From contig NC_073383.1 of NCBI RefSeq assembly GCF_028641065.1, positions 36,642,001-36,706,000 on the forward strand: a DNA stretch of 64,000 bases. The letters run 5' to 3'. Position numbers and translations under genes: made by a program. Each line of letters begins with the position of its first letter. The first letter of the stretch is position 1. A model generated the notes under the pieces. That model ran no database searches and was not told the origin of the DNA. It saw only the letters and a list, made by a program, of their open reading frames with translations. Below, piece by piece: positions 63,105-64,000 of this stretch. This DNA comes from Leucoraja erinacea. Lineage: Eukaryota.

Positions 63105-63508
63105 AAAAACACTGGAGAAACTAAGCAGGTGCGGCAGAATCTATGGAGCGAAGGAATAGGCGACGTTTCGGGCCAAGAACCTTCTTCAGTGATGTGGGGG
63201 CGGTGGGGGCTGGACGAAGAAAGGAAGAGGCGGAGACAGTGGGCTGTGGGAGAGCTGGAAAGGGGAGGGGGAAGAGGGAGAAAGCAAGGACTACCTGAAA
63301 TTGGAGGCCAATGTTCATACAGCTGGGTTGTAAACTACCCAAGCAAAATGTGAGGTGCTGCTCCGCCAATTTGCAGTGGGACTCACTCTGGCCATGGATG
63401 AGGCCCAGGACAGAAAGTTTAGATTCGGAATGGGAGGGAGAGTTGAGGTGCTGAGCAACCGGGAGATCAGGTTGGTTATTGCGAACTGAGCAGGAGGACC
63501 GGAAGGCA
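63105..63508 (-). mobile_element. Penelope-like element: GIY-YIG C-terminus plus terminal repeat
   Basis: PDLPVAQHLNSPSHS..KLAEQHLTFCLGSLQPSCMNI; core CTGAAGA..GAAACGTC at ~63162-63189. Confidence 0.88.
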
Positions 63509-63511
63509 GGC

Positions 63512-64000
63512 AGAGGAACGTGGAAGTTAAATGCGAGGCTGGTGACTCCAGAGAACATTGAGGAGCTAAAGAGGGACTACACATGTTGGAGAACGGTGAA
63601 GCCCCTCTTTGACTTCCCGACACAATGGTGGAAAGCAACCAAGGAGAACATTAAGAGGTTCTTCATATTTAAAGGGATTCAGAGAGCAAGACCGAGTCAG
63701 AGGGAATTATGTCAACTCCAATCGAATTTGCAGCAACTGCTCCTTCTGCAGTTGAGAGGAGCTGCGGTACTTGGCGCAAGTGTGGCCTGTCCCTCCCTCC
63801 TATCCCCACAGGGATCACCCGGGCCGTCTTCCAGTTCATCTGGGGGTCGTGGATGGACAGGGGGCGACGGGCCACACTGCACGTCGGCAGACAACGGGGG
63901 TAAAAGCGTGCCCAACATCCCCCTCATCCTGATGGCCACCTTCGTGTGTGGCTGCATCAGGCAGAACGTAGAGCCAAGGCACGTGAGCACCAAGTGTCAT
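63512..64000 (+). mobile_element. Tx1-like LINE ORF2 remnants with large internal deletions
   Basis: GTWKLN, WWKATKENIKRFF, TRAVFQFIWGSWMD and VPNIPLILMATF motifs juxtaposed. Confidence 0.75.

Overview
Eukaryotic, vertebrate DNA. The repeat content (HE1-like tRNA/V-SINEs, HER1/CR1, Rex1/Babar and Penelope elements) points to a cartilaginous fish, probably a skate or ray; the taxon is an inference. I found no host protein-coding exon, rRNA, tRNA gene or CRISPR array, so this looks like intron or gene desert densely filled with nested transposon relics. The ORFs that resemble known proteins are retroelement fragments: CR1, Rex1, RTE, L1, Tx1, Penelope GIY-YIG and a DIRS tyrosine recombinase. 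The best-supported unusual structures are: (1) many ~100-bp Penelope-derived units carrying a minimal hammerhead-ribozyme core, several arranged as palindromes; (2) an internally deleted DIRS1 element with complete ITR/ICR termini, integrated at a TATT microhomology inside a Tx1 3' UTR; (3) an L1 insertion with TSD, poly(A) and a twin-priming-type 5' inversion; (4) a CpG-rich, non-coding, non-tRNA retroposon family with Rex1-like tails, variable internal minisatellites and a CTCF-like head; (5) a candidate solo LTR, plus Harbinger, hAT and Helitron non-autonomous elements. I cannot show that any of these is a previously undescribed system. Family names come from motif recognition, not database searches, and boundaries of degraded elements are approximate.
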